Shown here: positions 1-8,876 of the stretch, in pieces | Layout of the letters: each line of letters starts with the position of its first letter | Numbering within the stretch: the stretch's first letter is position 1 | Origin: a virus | IMG/VR virus record: IMGVR_UViG_3300042867_001289 | Coordinates: 32,001-96,000 of that record | Strand: one strand, 5' to 3' | DNA: 64,000 nt | Notes under the pieces: model-generated | Seen by the model: only the letters and a program-made list of their open reading frames with translations | Databases searched by the model: none | Told to the model about the DNA's origin: nothing | Position numbers and translations under genes: made by a program

Positions 1-238
1 CCAGCTTTTTGACTTGGCTGAAAGTGGGTGCCCAGATGCTTGATACGTCTTCTGTGTCACCAAACTTTTCGATGCAATGGTTGGGGTGCTCCCAACGGAC
101 TTCGCTGGGTGAAGGGCCTGCAGTGATTACTGCAGGGAAGTATGGGGCGAGCAGTGCTGCATCCTGAATACCTCTGACTGTCGGCATTGCAATGCCTTTG
201 TAAATTGTTGTGCTTTGGGTTTCTTTAGTATTGTTCAT
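1..238 (-). CDS. hypothetical protein, runs off window start
   Basis: Open frame from ATG at 238 (MNNTKETQSTTIYKG...) to window edge; TTGACA-17-TACAAT ends 7 nt before the ATG (leaderless). Confidence 0.6.
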   Translation of the reverse strand, partial: MNNTKETQSTTIYKGIAMPTVRGIQDAALLAPYFPAVITAGPSPSEVRWEHPNHCIEKFGDTEDVSSIWAPTFSQVKKL

Positions 239-245
239 AGTTAGT

Positions 246-274
246 ATTGTAAACCATCCTAGTTAGTTTGTCAA
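246..274 (-). promoter_or_regulatory. sigma70/SigA-type promoter, leaderless start
   Basis: TTGACA (269-274), 17 bp spacer, TACAAT (246-251). Confidence 0.75.
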
Positions 275-294
275 GTTAATATTTTCTTGTGGGT

Positions 295-330
295 AAAAAG
301 TGGGCACCCCGCCCCACCGAAGGGTGCCCA
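295..330 (-). terminator. intrinsic terminator after DUF932 gene
   Basis: TGGGCACCC...GGGTGCCCA stem followed by CTTTTT on minus strand. Confidence 0.65.
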
Positions 331-336
331 CAAACC

Positions 337-1359
337 TTACGCCAGAGCCAACACCGCTTGCTGAGTCGCAACCTTGCGCTTAGAGACCCAAGAGTTCTGG
401 TCCATGCTCAGAATTGCCATACGATCAACATCGCCCTCACGGCCATGATCAAGGAACTCTACAACAGCATTGTATAGCGTCCAACCATTATGCCCAGCCT
501 TGCCAGCGTTGCGTGGGTTGTCCCAAATAGCCTTGACATGGGCGATGTTGTCATCCCTGTTGCGACGGGAAACATCTGTCCCATCCTCATTGACCGGGAA
601 AGCAACCTTCAACACACGATCAACACTGTTGCTACCTGGCACGCAGGTAGTTGCCAGCATCTTCTCAGCAGTATCAGTAAATGCGTCAGCCCAAGCCGTG
701 GACATCCCAAGCGCCGTCTGAGCATCCTGTAGGACGCTTTCCACGTTTGAGGTGTGCTTAGCCTTGAATGTGGAGCGTGCCGTGCTAAGGCCCATTCTCA
801 CGGTGTTTTGGCAAACCGCACGAACATTCGTGTTCGCATAGGTAATAGCAGTCTCACCGTCATGCCCAGTAAAAACGAGCAAGTTGCGGGCAATGCTATC
901 GTTCGCTCCAAGCGGATCGATAATGAGCGAGCCCAGATCCAGCGAAGCGAAGAACTTGCGGCCCTCGTCTAGTACGCCGCAGGTATCGACAACAGCGCCA
1001 CCTTTAGACGATCCGACAATAGCTAAGGCCCTAGTGAGAACCTCGCTGTTTTGTACGGGCATGTACCGCTTCCCAACGATAGCGAGCGCATTTCGGTCGC
1101 CGTCGACATCGTCACGGATAGTTGCCCGAGCGCTTTCGACAACCAGTGGCTGACCTGCTTCGTCGAGGATCAAATTGCCGTCGTCGTCGATTGCAGCAAC
1201 ACGAGTTGTGCGAACGGTGTAGTCGGCCATTGCCGCCTTAAGCATTTCCTCAGCGGTCTGCAATCCCTGCATTGGTACACCTAGTTGGTGCCAAGGGCTT
1301 GTGTGGTTTGCGTAGGCAAATCGGGTGCGATCGCCGTTGATTTCTAGATTATGTGCCAT
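337..1359 (-). CDS. DUF932 family phage/plasmid protein (TIGR03299-like)
   Basis: 340 aa with PWHQLG, VGKRYMPVQN, GHDG, VRAVCQNT, KHTS, GWTLYNAVVEFLDH motifs typical of DUF932. Confidence 0.85.
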   Translation of the reverse strand: MAHNLEINGDRTRFAYANHTSPWHQLGVPMQGLQTAEEMLKAAMADYTVRTTRVAAIDDDGNLILDEAGQPLVVESARATIRDDVDGDRNALAIVGKRYMPVQNSEVLTRALAIVGSSKGGAVVDTCGVLDEGRKFFASLDLGSLIIDPLGANDSIARNLLVFTGHDGETAITYANTNVRAVCQNTVRMGLSTARSTFKAKHTSNVESVLQDAQTALGMSTAWADAFTDTAEKMLATTCVPGSNSVDRVLKVAFPVNEDGTDVSRRNRDDNIAHVKAIWDNPRNAGKAGHNGWTLYNAVVEFLDHGREGDVDRMAILSMDQNSWVSKRKVATQQAVLALA

Positions 1360-1391
1360 GTGTTTACTGCTCCTGTTAGTAGTTAGATCTA

Positions 1392-1420
1392 ACTATACAT
1401 GCTATTGAGGCACCTGTCAA
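1392..1420 (-). promoter_or_regulatory. sigma70/SigA-type promoter of DUF932 gene
   Basis: TTGACA (1415-1420), 17 bp, TATAGT (1392-1397); AGGAG RBS downstream. Confidence 0.75.
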
Positions 1421-1421
1421 G

Positions 1422-1495
1422 TGGGGGCAATGGGACTCGAACCCATGACCGGCGCATTATGAGTGCGCTGCTCTAACCAACTGAGCTATACCCCC
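1422..1495 (-). tRNA. tRNA with CAT anticodon (elongator Met or Ile2); CCA not encoded
   Basis: GGGGGTA/TGCCCCC acceptor stem, TAGCTCAGTTGGTTAGAGC D arm, GCGCA-CTCATAA-TGCGC anticodon arm, GGTTCGAGTCC T arm. Confidence 0.93.
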
Positions 1496-1776
1496 TCGTG
1501 ATTTTTCCATTCCAAATACGACTCATAAGATATGTCATCCCAAAATGTCACAGCATCACATCTAACGCAAACCATTCCATCAGCACTCTTAGCATCCCAA
1601 GTCCTTTGCCAGCATGGGCCCAGGATGCCAAGAGCATTCAATGTCGATTTACGGGTAACAAGTTCACTTACAACAATTTCAACATCCGACTCAGCCTTTT
1701 TTACTAAAATCCACCTGTGATTACCACCAAAAAATCTAACCACCTTACACCAGAGGACATTGCAAATGATACGCAT
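1486..1776 (-). CDS. hypothetical protein
   Basis: 96 aa, GGAG RBS, follows upstream gene in same direction; stop lies inside tRNA 5' end. Confidence 0.5.
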   Translation of the reverse strand: MRIICNVLWCKVVRFFGGNHRWILVKKAESDVEIVVSELVTRKSTLNALGILGPCWQRTWDAKSADGMVCVRCDAVTFWDDISYESYLEWKNHEGV

Positions 1777-1785
1777 AGGATCTCC

Positions 1786-2388
1786 TTAACCTGTAAAGCT
1801 AATTTGGGCAGGCGCTAGTTGTACTTCCACTTGAGTTTCCACCTGAATGGCAGCTGGGATAGTTGTAGTAGTTCTGGGGATAGTGGTCGTCGGAACAGCC
1901 GTACTTGTTGTTGTGGTCCTTGGAATTGTTGTACTTGTGGTAGTCGTGGTAGGTGCTGTCGTGCTAGTTGTTGTACTTGTGGTAGTCGTGGTCGTCGGAA
2001 CAGTCGTGCTCGTTGTGCTTGACGTACTCGTTGACGTAGTCGTAGTCGGGTTTACCGGCTTACAGCCATTCCCCCAAATCGCTTGACCCTCCGCGTCCCA
2101 ATTCAGGCCACTATGAATTCCAGCAATCGGCGGAATAATATCATCGGGGTGATTCAAATAGTGATCGCCCTGACCGCTGTCGTTCCCTGCGTCGCCATCA
2201 ACGGAATCCTGCGCCACGGTGAGACTGACAAACGGATTCGACTCCGAGCTCGTCGCATGACAGATATCCACCTTCTCACGATCAGGCGTAGCCGAAACAG
2301 CCCCAGTTAGGCTAAGCAGAACAAAGCCAACAGCGAAGACGGTTATAACAACCAAAGAAAGCTTTTTCATTAATATTTTTCCTTCCAA
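1786..2388 (-). CDS. secreted Thr-rich protein ending in FTG
   Basis: Signal peptide, KVDICHAT..NP motif, long Thr/Ser/Pro stalk, C-terminus LAPAQISFTG. Confidence 0.75.
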   Translation of the reverse strand: MEGKILMKKLSLVVITVFAVGFVLLSLTGAVSATPDREKVDICHATSSESNPFVSLTVAQDSVDGDAGNDSGQGDHYLNHPDDIIPPIAGIHSGLNWDAEGQAIWGNGCKPVNPTTTTSTSTSSTTSTTVPTTTTTTSTTTSTTAPTTTTTSTTIPRTTTTSTAVPTTTIPRTTTTIPAAIQVETQVEVQLAPAQISFTG

Positions 2389-2482
2389 AAAGAGACGTAG
2401 GGCAAGCGCCTAAGCGCCTGCCCTACAATATCAAAATGGATTGACGGTACTGTCAAACTTTCTCAATTAGAGTCTTTAGACC

Positions 2483-2896
2483 CTAACAAGGCTTTGGCGG
2501 ATAATGCCAAGGGCTGCGACCGATATTCTCCAAAGTCCAGATAGCTACAGCGTCCTGCACATGAGGAGGAGCTGAACGCGCCGTCGCATAACCTCTATGT
2601 CCTGCGCGAGCCGACAGATTCCGCCAACTGCTGTCAAGGAATTGATACGCTCCAGATGCCGTGCTCGAAGGATTCTTCGCCGAATAATTATTGCCCGACT
2701 CCCGATTCCGAACACACGCCAAAAACCCCCCAGGAGGACTATGAACAGGCTTATTAGACGCCACAAGATGCTGACGAACAGCTTCCTGCTCAACCGTATT
2801 CATCGTGTGGTAAAGAGCTACTTCCTCAGGCGTGCAGGCCGCTACAGATCCAACAACCAATACCGAAAAAACTACAACTCTCATAAATTTGAACAT
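2483..2896 (-). CDS. Rpf-like lytic transglycosylase, predicted lipoprotein
   Basis: VAAC lipobox; CVRNRESGNNY, ASGAYQF..SW, APPHVQDAVA, GRSPW motifs of transglycosylase/Rpf family. Confidence 0.8.
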   Translation of the reverse strand: MFKFMRVVVFSVLVVGSVAACTPEEVALYHTMNTVEQEAVRQHLVASNKPVHSPPGGFLACVRNRESGNNYSAKNPSSTASGAYQFLDSSWRNLSARAGHRGYATARSAPPHVQDAVAIWTLENIGRSPWHYPPKPC

Positions 2897-3026
2897 AACA
2901 ATGTTAACCTTTCATAGAAGGCTCCGGGGAGTGGCTATTCAACCCAGAGCTGCGAGGTCACTACTGTAGCACACATATTACAGAAGTGTTACAACTTTCC
3001 AATTTGGCACAAAAGAAAGACACCAA

Positions 3027-3359
3027 ATGACCGAAATATACAGAAACCTACACAGAAAAGACTGGTCAATAAGAAACAAAGGCATCGTCACACAACACAC
3101 AAAAACAACAGCAATCAGCCCAGCCAAATTCGTAGTACAACCAGCCGGACGAAAAAAAGTCCTCAAAGAACAACGCAAAAACGTCCACGCATTCATTAGA
3201 GGCCAAGTCACCGACATCCCACCAAACTGGCAAACCTGGAAACAAGTAAAATACAACCCATACCTATTCGACCACTTCTACGACGTAGACACACTCAAAC
3301 GCATCGACACAGCTACCGTTGTCGTGCTTGCCGAAGACGGCAGCGCCTACTACCAATAG
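3027..3359 (+). CDS. conserved phage hypothetical protein
   Basis: YRNLH...WS, FVV..AGR.KVLKEQRKNVHAFI.G, YNPY motifs recalled from phage hypotheticals. Confidence 0.8.
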   Translation: MTEIYRNLHRKDWSIRNKGIVTQHTKTTAISPAKFVVQPAGRKKVLKEQRKNVHAFIRGQVTDIPPNWQTWKQVKYNPYLFDHFYDVDTLKRIDTATVVVLAEDGSAYYQ

Positions 3360-3583
3360 CACAAGCCCCGCCCCCAGTCTTACCCCTAAAATCTGACCCC
3401 TTTTGGTGGTTGGTGTGGTGGTTTGAAAGCCCCGTTCACCCCTGTCTGCCCCCTAAACTTTGACCCCTTTTGGTGGTGGTGGGAGCCCCGCCCCCTCTGT
3501 CCGCCCCCAAAATGTGTCCCCTTTTTGGTGGTTGTCGGGGCTGTGGGGTTGGGGAGGCCGTAGCCTCCCTTTCCCCTTTCGGG

Positions 3584-3697
3584 CTAGCGCCGCTCTTTCG
3601 ATTGGCGTGAGGCTTGGCCTCGGCGGTAGCCTCCGTCCCTGACCCCGTTGGGGGCCTCCCGTGCGGCTCGTGCCTCTTTGGCTTGTGCTTTCGTCAT
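3584..3697 (-). CDS. 37-aa basic microprotein (paralog of 7550-7657)
   Basis: MTKAQAKEAR...GGYRRGQASRQSKERR; own promoter, GAGGAG RBS, downstream hairpin. Confidence 0.7.
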   Translation of the reverse strand: MTKAQAKEARAAREAPNGVRDGGYRRGQASRQSKERR

Positions 3698-3749
3698 GCT
3701 GGCTCCTCTGCTAGGTGATGTACTCAATCTAGCCGATGGGCCATACCCT

Positions 3750-3921
3750 TGTCAAGTCAATACGACAAGTTTCTGTGATGCGATTCTAGGCCTGCAATCT
3801 CTTGACGGGTACGAGTACCGCCGACAACCGAGAACGCGCCTAGAACGCTCTTGTGGACGCTCTAGAGCGAACATCCGCCGACTGATTAGCCTCACAAACA
3901 ATCTGCAACAATGACTTGACA
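3750..3921. promoter_or_regulatory. divergent promoter pair, unit 1 (long-spacer type)
   Basis: TGTCAA 3750-3755 and TTGACA 3916-3921 flanking the ~125-bp repeat. Confidence 0.75.
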
Positions 3922-3973
3922 AGGATATGGCCACCATGTAGTCTAAGTACATCACCTAGCGAAGGAGTACGAA

Positions 3974-4129
3974 GTGCACAACAGCCAATTTGACCGGGTC
4001 ATGCCGGGCGGAGGGTCCGACTGGGTCCACGCCGCCAACATGGCGGACGACCTAGCCGATGTCGATCACGACGACGACTACGACGACGACGACTACGACG
4101 AATGGCCGCCACGCCGAGAGGACTGGTGA
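3974..4129 (+). CDS. 51-aa very acidic microprotein
   Basis: GTG start after AAGGAG; ...DDLADVDHDDDYDDDDYDEWPPRREDW. Confidence 0.65.
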   Translation: MHNSQFDRVMPGGGSDWVHAANMADDLADVDHDDDYDDDDYDEWPPRREDW

Positions 4130-4135
4130 GCCACC

Positions 4136-4153
4136 GGGGGCCGAAAGGCCCCC
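4136..4153 (+). terminator. GC hairpin with GNRA loop closing a cassette (representative of family)
   Basis: GGGGGCC-GAAA-GGCCCCC; similar at 5156-5173, 6947-6964, 7664-7681, 8601-8618, 13251-13268; U-tracts often weak. Confidence 0.65.
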
Positions 4154-4395
4154 ACCTTCCCCTTTTTTCCTTTGCGTCCCGCACACCCCAAACCCCCACC
4201 ACCCCAACGGGACCCCCAAACACACCACCCACACCCCTGGAAGCTATCCGAAAAGCACAAGCCCCGGCCCCCAGCCCTTCCCCCCAAACTTGTACCCCTT
4301 TTTGATGATTGGTCGGGGCTGTCGAATCAACGTGAGGTTTGCACTAGCGGGGCCGCGAGGCAAGGGTGGAAGGCTTGCGCCCCCCCCTTGCGGGC

Positions 4396-4572
4396 TTAGC
4401 CCCACAGCCCCCCTTCGTCCTCAGCGCGACCGACATGCTCGGAAACAGCCTCGTCGCAGCAGTCCTCGCAGAGCAGCTCCGGCCCTGCGACGGTGATGTG
4501 CGTCCAAGTGGCGTCTGCGCCGCAGACTTCGCACTCGTGCCACACATCTAGTAGGTGAGTAAAAACGGCCAT
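4396..4572 (-). CDS. 58-aa acidic CxxC..CxxC (zinc-ribbon-like) microprotein
   Basis: MAVFTHLL..CEVCG..LCEDC; RBS AAGGGG, own promoter. Confidence 0.7.
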   Translation of the reverse strand: MAVFTHLLDVWHECEVCGADATWTHITVAGPELLCEDCCDEAVSEHVGRAEDEGGLWG

Positions 4573-4625
4573 TGTTGGCCCCTTTCGGTTGGTGAAACAC
4601 TGACAATACACCCTGCCGCCGAGGC

Positions 4626-4806
4626 TGTCAAGCCAATACGACAAGTTTCTGTGATGCGATTCTAGGCGTGCAATCTCTTGACGGGTACGGATGCACCCGA
4701 GAACCGAGAACGCGCCGGAAACGTCCTTGTGAGCGTCCTGAGAGCAATATCCCCTAGGCGCTCGCAGTCGGTACCCCTGAAATCGGCATGCAGTAATGAC
4801 TTGACA
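4626..4806. promoter_or_regulatory. divergent promoter pair, unit 2 (long-spacer type)
   Basis: TGTCAA 4626-4631, TTGACA 4801-4806, GTTTCACCAAC leaders on both sides. Confidence 0.75.
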
Positions 4807-4859
4807 AGGGGACCGGCACCGTGTACAGTCAATGTTTCACCAACCGAAAGGGGCCGCAC

Positions 4860-5150
4860 ATGTGGCTAATAACTGATCCGTGGAAAGACCTGAACAAAGA
4901 GGGTCTGACCGCTTGGCAAGCGGCCCTGTCAAAGGACGCTTTCGAGAGAGTCGAAAGCGCTTTTAGGCAGGCGGACGGTCTCGGAATTCGCATCTACCGC
5001 GAACATGACGCGACAGACCGGCCAACGTACTATACGGGCCGCGGCAGTTACGAATATTTTGCGGAATTCGACAATTGCTGGATGAGAATCGAACCAGAGC
5101 GTGACGGCCTAGAGTTTAGGCAGAATATCTACGTCCACATGAAAGGTTGA
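4860..5150 (+). CDS. hypothetical protein, 96 aa
   Basis: MWLITDPWK...; RBS, own promoter and hairpin. Confidence 0.7.
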   Translation: MWLITDPWKDLNKEGLTAWQAALSKDAFERVESAFRQADGLGIRIYREHDATDRPTYYTGRGSYEYFAEFDNCWMRIEPERDGLEFRQNIYVHMKG

Positions 5151-5416
5151 GCGAAGGGGGCCGCAAGGCCCCCACACTCGCGCACCCTCGCATGCGTCCC
5201 GCTATGGGAACCAGGCACCTGGAACCAAAGAAACACAAGCCCCGCCCCCCAAACTCACCCCGAACCCTGACCCCCCCCTTCAGGAAAGGCAAGCCCCGTT
5301 CCCCCGAATCTTTCCCCCCAAAGTTTGTCCCCTTTTCTCAATTTCGGGGCTGCCGTGTTGAACGTGGAATCAAGTAGCGGGACGCCCTGAAGGGGGAGCC
5401 TTTCGGCCCCCCTAGC

Positions 5417-5563
5417 TCAGTCCTCCCATCCAAAGCGGGCGAGCCATTCCTCACGCTCACATTGGATCTCAGCTTGGTCATCAAGCTCAGCTTGGATTTC
5501 AGCTGCAAACTCGGTGTCAACCCAGTCTTGCCACTGTTGGGATAGGTTAGCTTCGATGGCCAT
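5417..5563 (-). CDS. 48-aa acidic microprotein
   Basis: MAIEANLSQQWQDWVDTEF...RFGWED; RBS, promoter and hairpin. Confidence 0.65.
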   Translation of the reverse strand: MAIEANLSQQWQDWVDTEFAAEIQAELDDQAEIQCEREEWLARFGWED

Positions 5564-5614
5564 TTCGGCCCCTTTCGTTGGTGAAACACTCAACCTACTG
5601 CATGGCGGTCACCC

Positions 5615-5808
5615 TGTCAAGTCATTAGAACAAATATCTCTGAGGCCGTTCTAGGCCGTTCTAGGCGGTCGATTGTCGGCCCGCTACCGATACCGCCAGA
5701 ATCGACGAACGCGCTCAGAACGCGCTCACAGTGGCCCTAGAACGAATATCCCCTAGACAGTCGGCAGTCGACAGAAAGAATTGAGATATCCCGTCTAATG
5801 GCTTGACA
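5615..5808. promoter_or_regulatory. divergent promoter pair, unit 3 (long-spacer type)
   Basis: TGTCAA 5615-5620, TTGACA 5803-5808. Confidence 0.7.
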
Positions 5809-5864
5809 GACATTCTCCCATAGAGTATCGTCAGTGTTTCACCACAAAGAAAGGGGCCAACAAC

Positions 5865-6056
5865 ATGGCTTCAGAAGATATGGGATGGGCTGTCTGTGAA
5901 GTCTGCGAAAGCGGCACTACAGACTCGGTAGTCATCGACACCGGCGAGGACCTTGCAATAGCGTGCCGGTCATGCTGGTGGGACTACATCGATGTCGAAT
6001 TCATCGATGGAGACCTCGATGCGGAGCGGGAATACCTGCAAGGCAGAGGGTTCTAG
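5865..6056 (+). CDS. 63-aa acidic CxxC..CxxC microprotein
   Basis: CEVCE...CRSCW; RBS AAGGGG. Confidence 0.7.
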   Translation: MASEDMGWAVCEVCESGTTDSVVIDTGEDLAIACRSCWWDYIDVEFIDGDLDAEREYLQGRGF

Positions 6057-6323
6057 GACCAAAGGGGAGTGGGGCGCAAGCCTCACTCCCCAAAGTCGCG
6101 CCCACACTTCTCCGCCCCGCTACGAGAACCCCTGGAACCAAAGAAAAGCAAAGCCCCGGCCCCCCAATCCGCCCCCCAAAGCTGCACCCCTTTGGAAGCC
6201 CCGGCCCCAATCTTCCCCCCAAAAATTTGCACCCCTTTTTGGTGAGTATCGGGGCTTGTGGGTTTTTTGTAGCTGCCCCTTTCGGGACTGCTGGGGTTGG
6301 GGAGGCTTGCGCCCCCCCTTCCC

Positions 6324-6455
6324 TCAGTTCCACGGTGCGTTGCGTTCCGCAACCTCCTCGGCGCTCATCTCGTCCGAGATGTGTTGGTTCTTGACCAACT
6401 CCCACTCGGCCATCAGGATGGCATGAAACCTTGCGTCAACCTCTTCGTCAGACAC
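6324..6455 (-). CDS. 43-aa acidic microprotein ending APWN
   Basis: GTG start after GAGGGG; HISDEMSAEEVAERNAPWN, 3' end shared with 7148-7378. Confidence 0.65.
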   Translation of the reverse strand: MSDEEVDARFHAILMAEWELVKNQHISDEMSAEEVAERNAPWN

Positions 6456-6511
6456 TTAGTGTCCCCTCTCTTTGTGGTGAGTACCTATTATGCACACACC
6501 TTGCCCCATCC

Positions 6512-6684
6512 TGTCAAGTCAATAGAACAAGTTTCTTTGAGGCCGTTCTAGGCGTGCAATCGGGAACCCGCTACAAGTACCGCCGAGAACCGAGAACGCG
6601 CCGGAAACGCGCTTGTGAGCGTTCTGGGCGCAATATCCCCTAGACACTTAGCCTCACAAATAAACCTGCAATAAAGACTTGACA
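6512..6684. promoter_or_regulatory. divergent promoter pair, unit 4 (long-spacer type)
   Basis: TGTCAA 6512-6517, TTGACA 6679-6684 with CATAAT -10 boxes. Confidence 0.75.
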
Positions 6685-6740
6685 AGGTAGGGGAAGGTGT
6701 GCGCATAATAGTGTCTCACCAAGCGACAAGGAGTTGCGCA

Positions 6741-6941
6741 ATGCATAACAACATAACCGCTCTAGCGTTGGCACTGAATCAGTGTGACCGCTGCGAAGAG
6801 TGGGTCCTAGAATCGCTCACTAGCGATTACAGCGGGGACGGGGAAGTGTGCGAGCTTTGCTACGACCAAAGCGTTGAGGACTCGCACGAATGGCAAGCAT
6901 TCTGCGACGACCACAGAAGGGGAGGCTGGACCACGGGATGA
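6741..6941 (+). CDS. 66-aa CxxC..CxxC microprotein (paralog of 12100-12279)
   Basis: LNQCDRCEE...CELC...EWQAFCDDHRRGG. Confidence 0.75.
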   Translation: MHNNITALALALNQCDRCEEWVLESLTSDYSGDGEVCELCYDQSVEDSHEWQAFCDDHRRGGWTTG

Positions 6942-7147
6942 GCAAAGGGGGCCGAAAGGCCCCCAAACCCGCGCACCGCCTTATGCGTCCCGCACCCAGA
7001 CTTCCACCAAAATAATCTCGGGGCTCACAAATATCAAACCCCTGGCGACCCGCTCATCACCAAAGCCCCGGCCCCCCGAAACCGATTTCTGAGACCTCCT
7101 CGGTTTCGGGACTGCGAAACCGGTGGAGGGCCGAAGCCCCCCCTTGC

Positions 7148-7378
7148 TCAGTTCCACGGTGCGGCAGCCTCAGCGGGCGGCAGCATCGCATCGCTAACGT
7201 GCGCACGCCTGCGTCGGGCAAGCTCAGCGGCAAGCTCAGCCGCTTCGACCTGACGAGTGGTCTCGGCAGCCTCAGCCGCCTCAAGCTCGGCAGCCTTGCG
7301 TAGCAAGGCCCTGACCATCACTGCAAGCCCTGCGAAGGCCACTGACCATTGCAGGATGAACGGTATCCAGTCTCTCAT
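7148..7378 (-). CDS. 76-aa protein with N-terminal hydrophobic helix and Ala-rich coil
   Basis: MRDWIPFILQWSVAFAGLAV...HVSDAMLPPAEAAAPWN; AGGAG RBS. Confidence 0.7.
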   Translation of the reverse strand: MRDWIPFILQWSVAFAGLAVMVRALLRKAAELEAAEAAETTRQVEAAELAAELARRRRAHVSDAMLPPAEAAAPWN

Positions 7379-7430
7379 GGTAACTCCTGTCCGTTGGTGA
7401 AACCTCAAAGCTACAGCATGGCCGATACCC

Positions 7431-7494
7431 TGTCAAGTCAATGCTACGGGCAGCCTGAGAACGGTCTCAGCTTCAGCAGTCAACCGATTTGACA
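7431..7494. promoter_or_regulatory. compact divergent promoter pair with central palindrome, unit 5
   Basis: TGTCAA-18bp-CTGAGaacggtCTCAG(7455-7470)-18bp-TTGACA. Confidence 0.8.
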
Positions 7495-7549
7495 GGCCCC
7501 ATTGCATGGTGTAAGGTATACATATCACCAAGAGCAAGGGAGCCAAGCA

Positions 7550-7657
7550 ATGACAAAGTCAGAACGTCGGGAAGCCCGCCACCGCGACCAATCAGTTCGC
7601 TGGGGAGGTGGCTACCGGCGAGATCAAAAGTCTCGCCAGTCGAAAGAACGCCGATAG
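7550..7657 (+). CDS. 35-aa basic microprotein (paralog of 3584-3697)
   Basis: MTKSERREAR...GGYRRDQKSRQSKERR. Confidence 0.7.
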   Translation: MTKSERREARHRDQSVRWGGGYRRDQKSRQSKERR

Positions 7658-7927
7658 CGGCGAGGGGGCCGAAAGGCCCCCACCTTCGCGTACCGCTTTA
7701 CCAGTCCCGCACCCAAACTCGCCCCCAGACCCACCCCCCCCTTTTTTTGTAACCTCGGGGCTCACCTGGCTATCAAAAGAGGGACAAGCCCCGACCCCCA
7801 AACTTTGCCCCCAAAATCTGCGCCCCCTTTTTTGCGAGGTGATCGGTTTCGGGGCTGCAAAATCAACGTGGAGTTGGACCAGCGGGGCCAACGGGAAGGG
7901 GGAGGCCGAAGCCCCCCCCTTTTCCGG

Positions 7928-8119
7928 CTACCACCATTTGGTGGGGTCGGTACCCAGTGGGTACCATGTGACCTCCGCAAACGGGATGGTGCCGCTAGAA
8001 CCGTCATCCGACCACACAACCGGTACTCCGATTGTTGGGTCGTCCAGATTGGTGATGAAGGCCGTAAGGCCGATCCTTCCCGACCTGTCGGCTACCTCTG
8101 TGTCGTTTCGGATGTGCAT
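7928..8119 (-). CDS. hypothetical protein, 63 aa
   Basis: MHIRNDTEV...; GAGGAG RBS, own promoter and hairpin. Confidence 0.7.
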   Translation of the reverse strand: MHIRNDTEVADRSGRIGLTAFITNLDDPTIGVPVVWSDDGSSGTIPFAEVTWYPLGTDPTKWW

Positions 8120-8173
8120 GACTAACTCCTCATTGCTTGGTGAAACACTGAACTTACACCCTAGGGCCGAGGC

Positions 8174-8356
8174 TGTCAAGTCAATACAACAAGTTTCTGT
8201 GATGCGATTCTAGGCGTACAACCCCTTGACGGGTGCTAGCACCGCCAGAATCCGTAAACGTGCCTAGAACGCGCTCACAATGGCCCTAGCGGCAATACCC
8301 CCTAGACACTCGGCATCCTAGGCGGTCGGCAGTCGGCATGAAATAAAGACTTGACA
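8174..8356. promoter_or_regulatory. divergent promoter pair, unit 6 (long-spacer type)
   Basis: TGTCAA 8174-8179, TTGACA 8351-8356. Confidence 0.75.
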
Positions 8357-8411
8357 AGGGTATGGGCAGGGTGTAAGGTAAGTACATCACCAAGCAGAGA
8401 GGGACCCGCAC

Positions 8412-8594
8412 ATGTGGGAAGTAATCAAGCACGCCCGTATCGAATGCCACGACTGTCAGTGCATGACAACCGTTGCCGATATGGGAACCATCTACCTAGG
8501 CTACACCTTCGAACTCGGCGGAGAGGAAATACAAGCCACCGCCTTCGCATGCAAGTCATGCCAATGGGACCGCTGGGAAGTGGAGTACGACTGA
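8412..8594 (+). CDS. 60-aa CxxC..CxxC microprotein
   Basis: CHDCQ...CKSCQ; RBS and hairpin. Confidence 0.7.
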   Translation: MWEVIKHARIECHDCQCMTTVADMGTIYLGYTFELGGEEIQATAFACKSCQWDRWEVEYD

Positions 8595-8783
8595 GACAAC
8601 GGGGGCCGAAAGGCCCCCACAGTCGCGCCCGCACTCGCATGCGTCCCGCACCCTGGAACCAGGAACAAAACAAACAACAGCCCCGCCCCCCAGTCTCACC
8701 CCAAAACCCTGGCCCCTTTTCAGAAATCTCGGGGCTCACAAACATTGTCATTCCACGCCCCAGCGGGACCCGGAAGGGGAGGG

Positions 8784-8876
8784 TCAGTCCTTCCACTTCC
8801 TGACCCACCGCTCGTTCCAGAGTGCCAGCGCACCCATACTCACTGCCCATCCTGTAGCTATTGCTAGGTATGTCAT
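8784..8876 (-). CDS. 30-aa hydrophobic microprotein
   Basis: MTYLAIATGWAVSMGALALWNERWVRKWKD; own TTGACA-17-TACAAT promoter and AGGAG. Confidence 0.6.
   Translation of the reverse strand: MTYLAIATGWAVSMGALALWNERWVRKWKD

Noticed and set aside
1422-1495. Initiator tRNA-fMet or attP site
   Set aside because: G1-C72 is paired and the anticodon stem lacks three consecutive G-C pairs of the initiator type; no integrase or duplicated tRNA 3' end seen
2897-2975. c-di-AMP (ydaO) riboswitch upstream of the Rpf-like gene
   Set aside because: Leader is short and lacks the conserved GCCGAATCC/GGAAC elements; only a small GCTCTGGG/CCCGGAGC stem
7455-7470. CRP/GlxR or MprA binding site
   Set aside because: CRP consensus is TGTGA-N6-TCACA and MprA uses direct repeats; the motif here is an inverted CTGAG-N6-CTCAG, so no known factor was assigned
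4059-8850. Pro/Gly/Arg-rich ORFs such as 4059-4496, 5963-6426, 7608-8213, 8351-8803
   Set aside because: They run across terminators and C/G-rich spacers without RBS and conflict with promoter-RBS-defined microproteins
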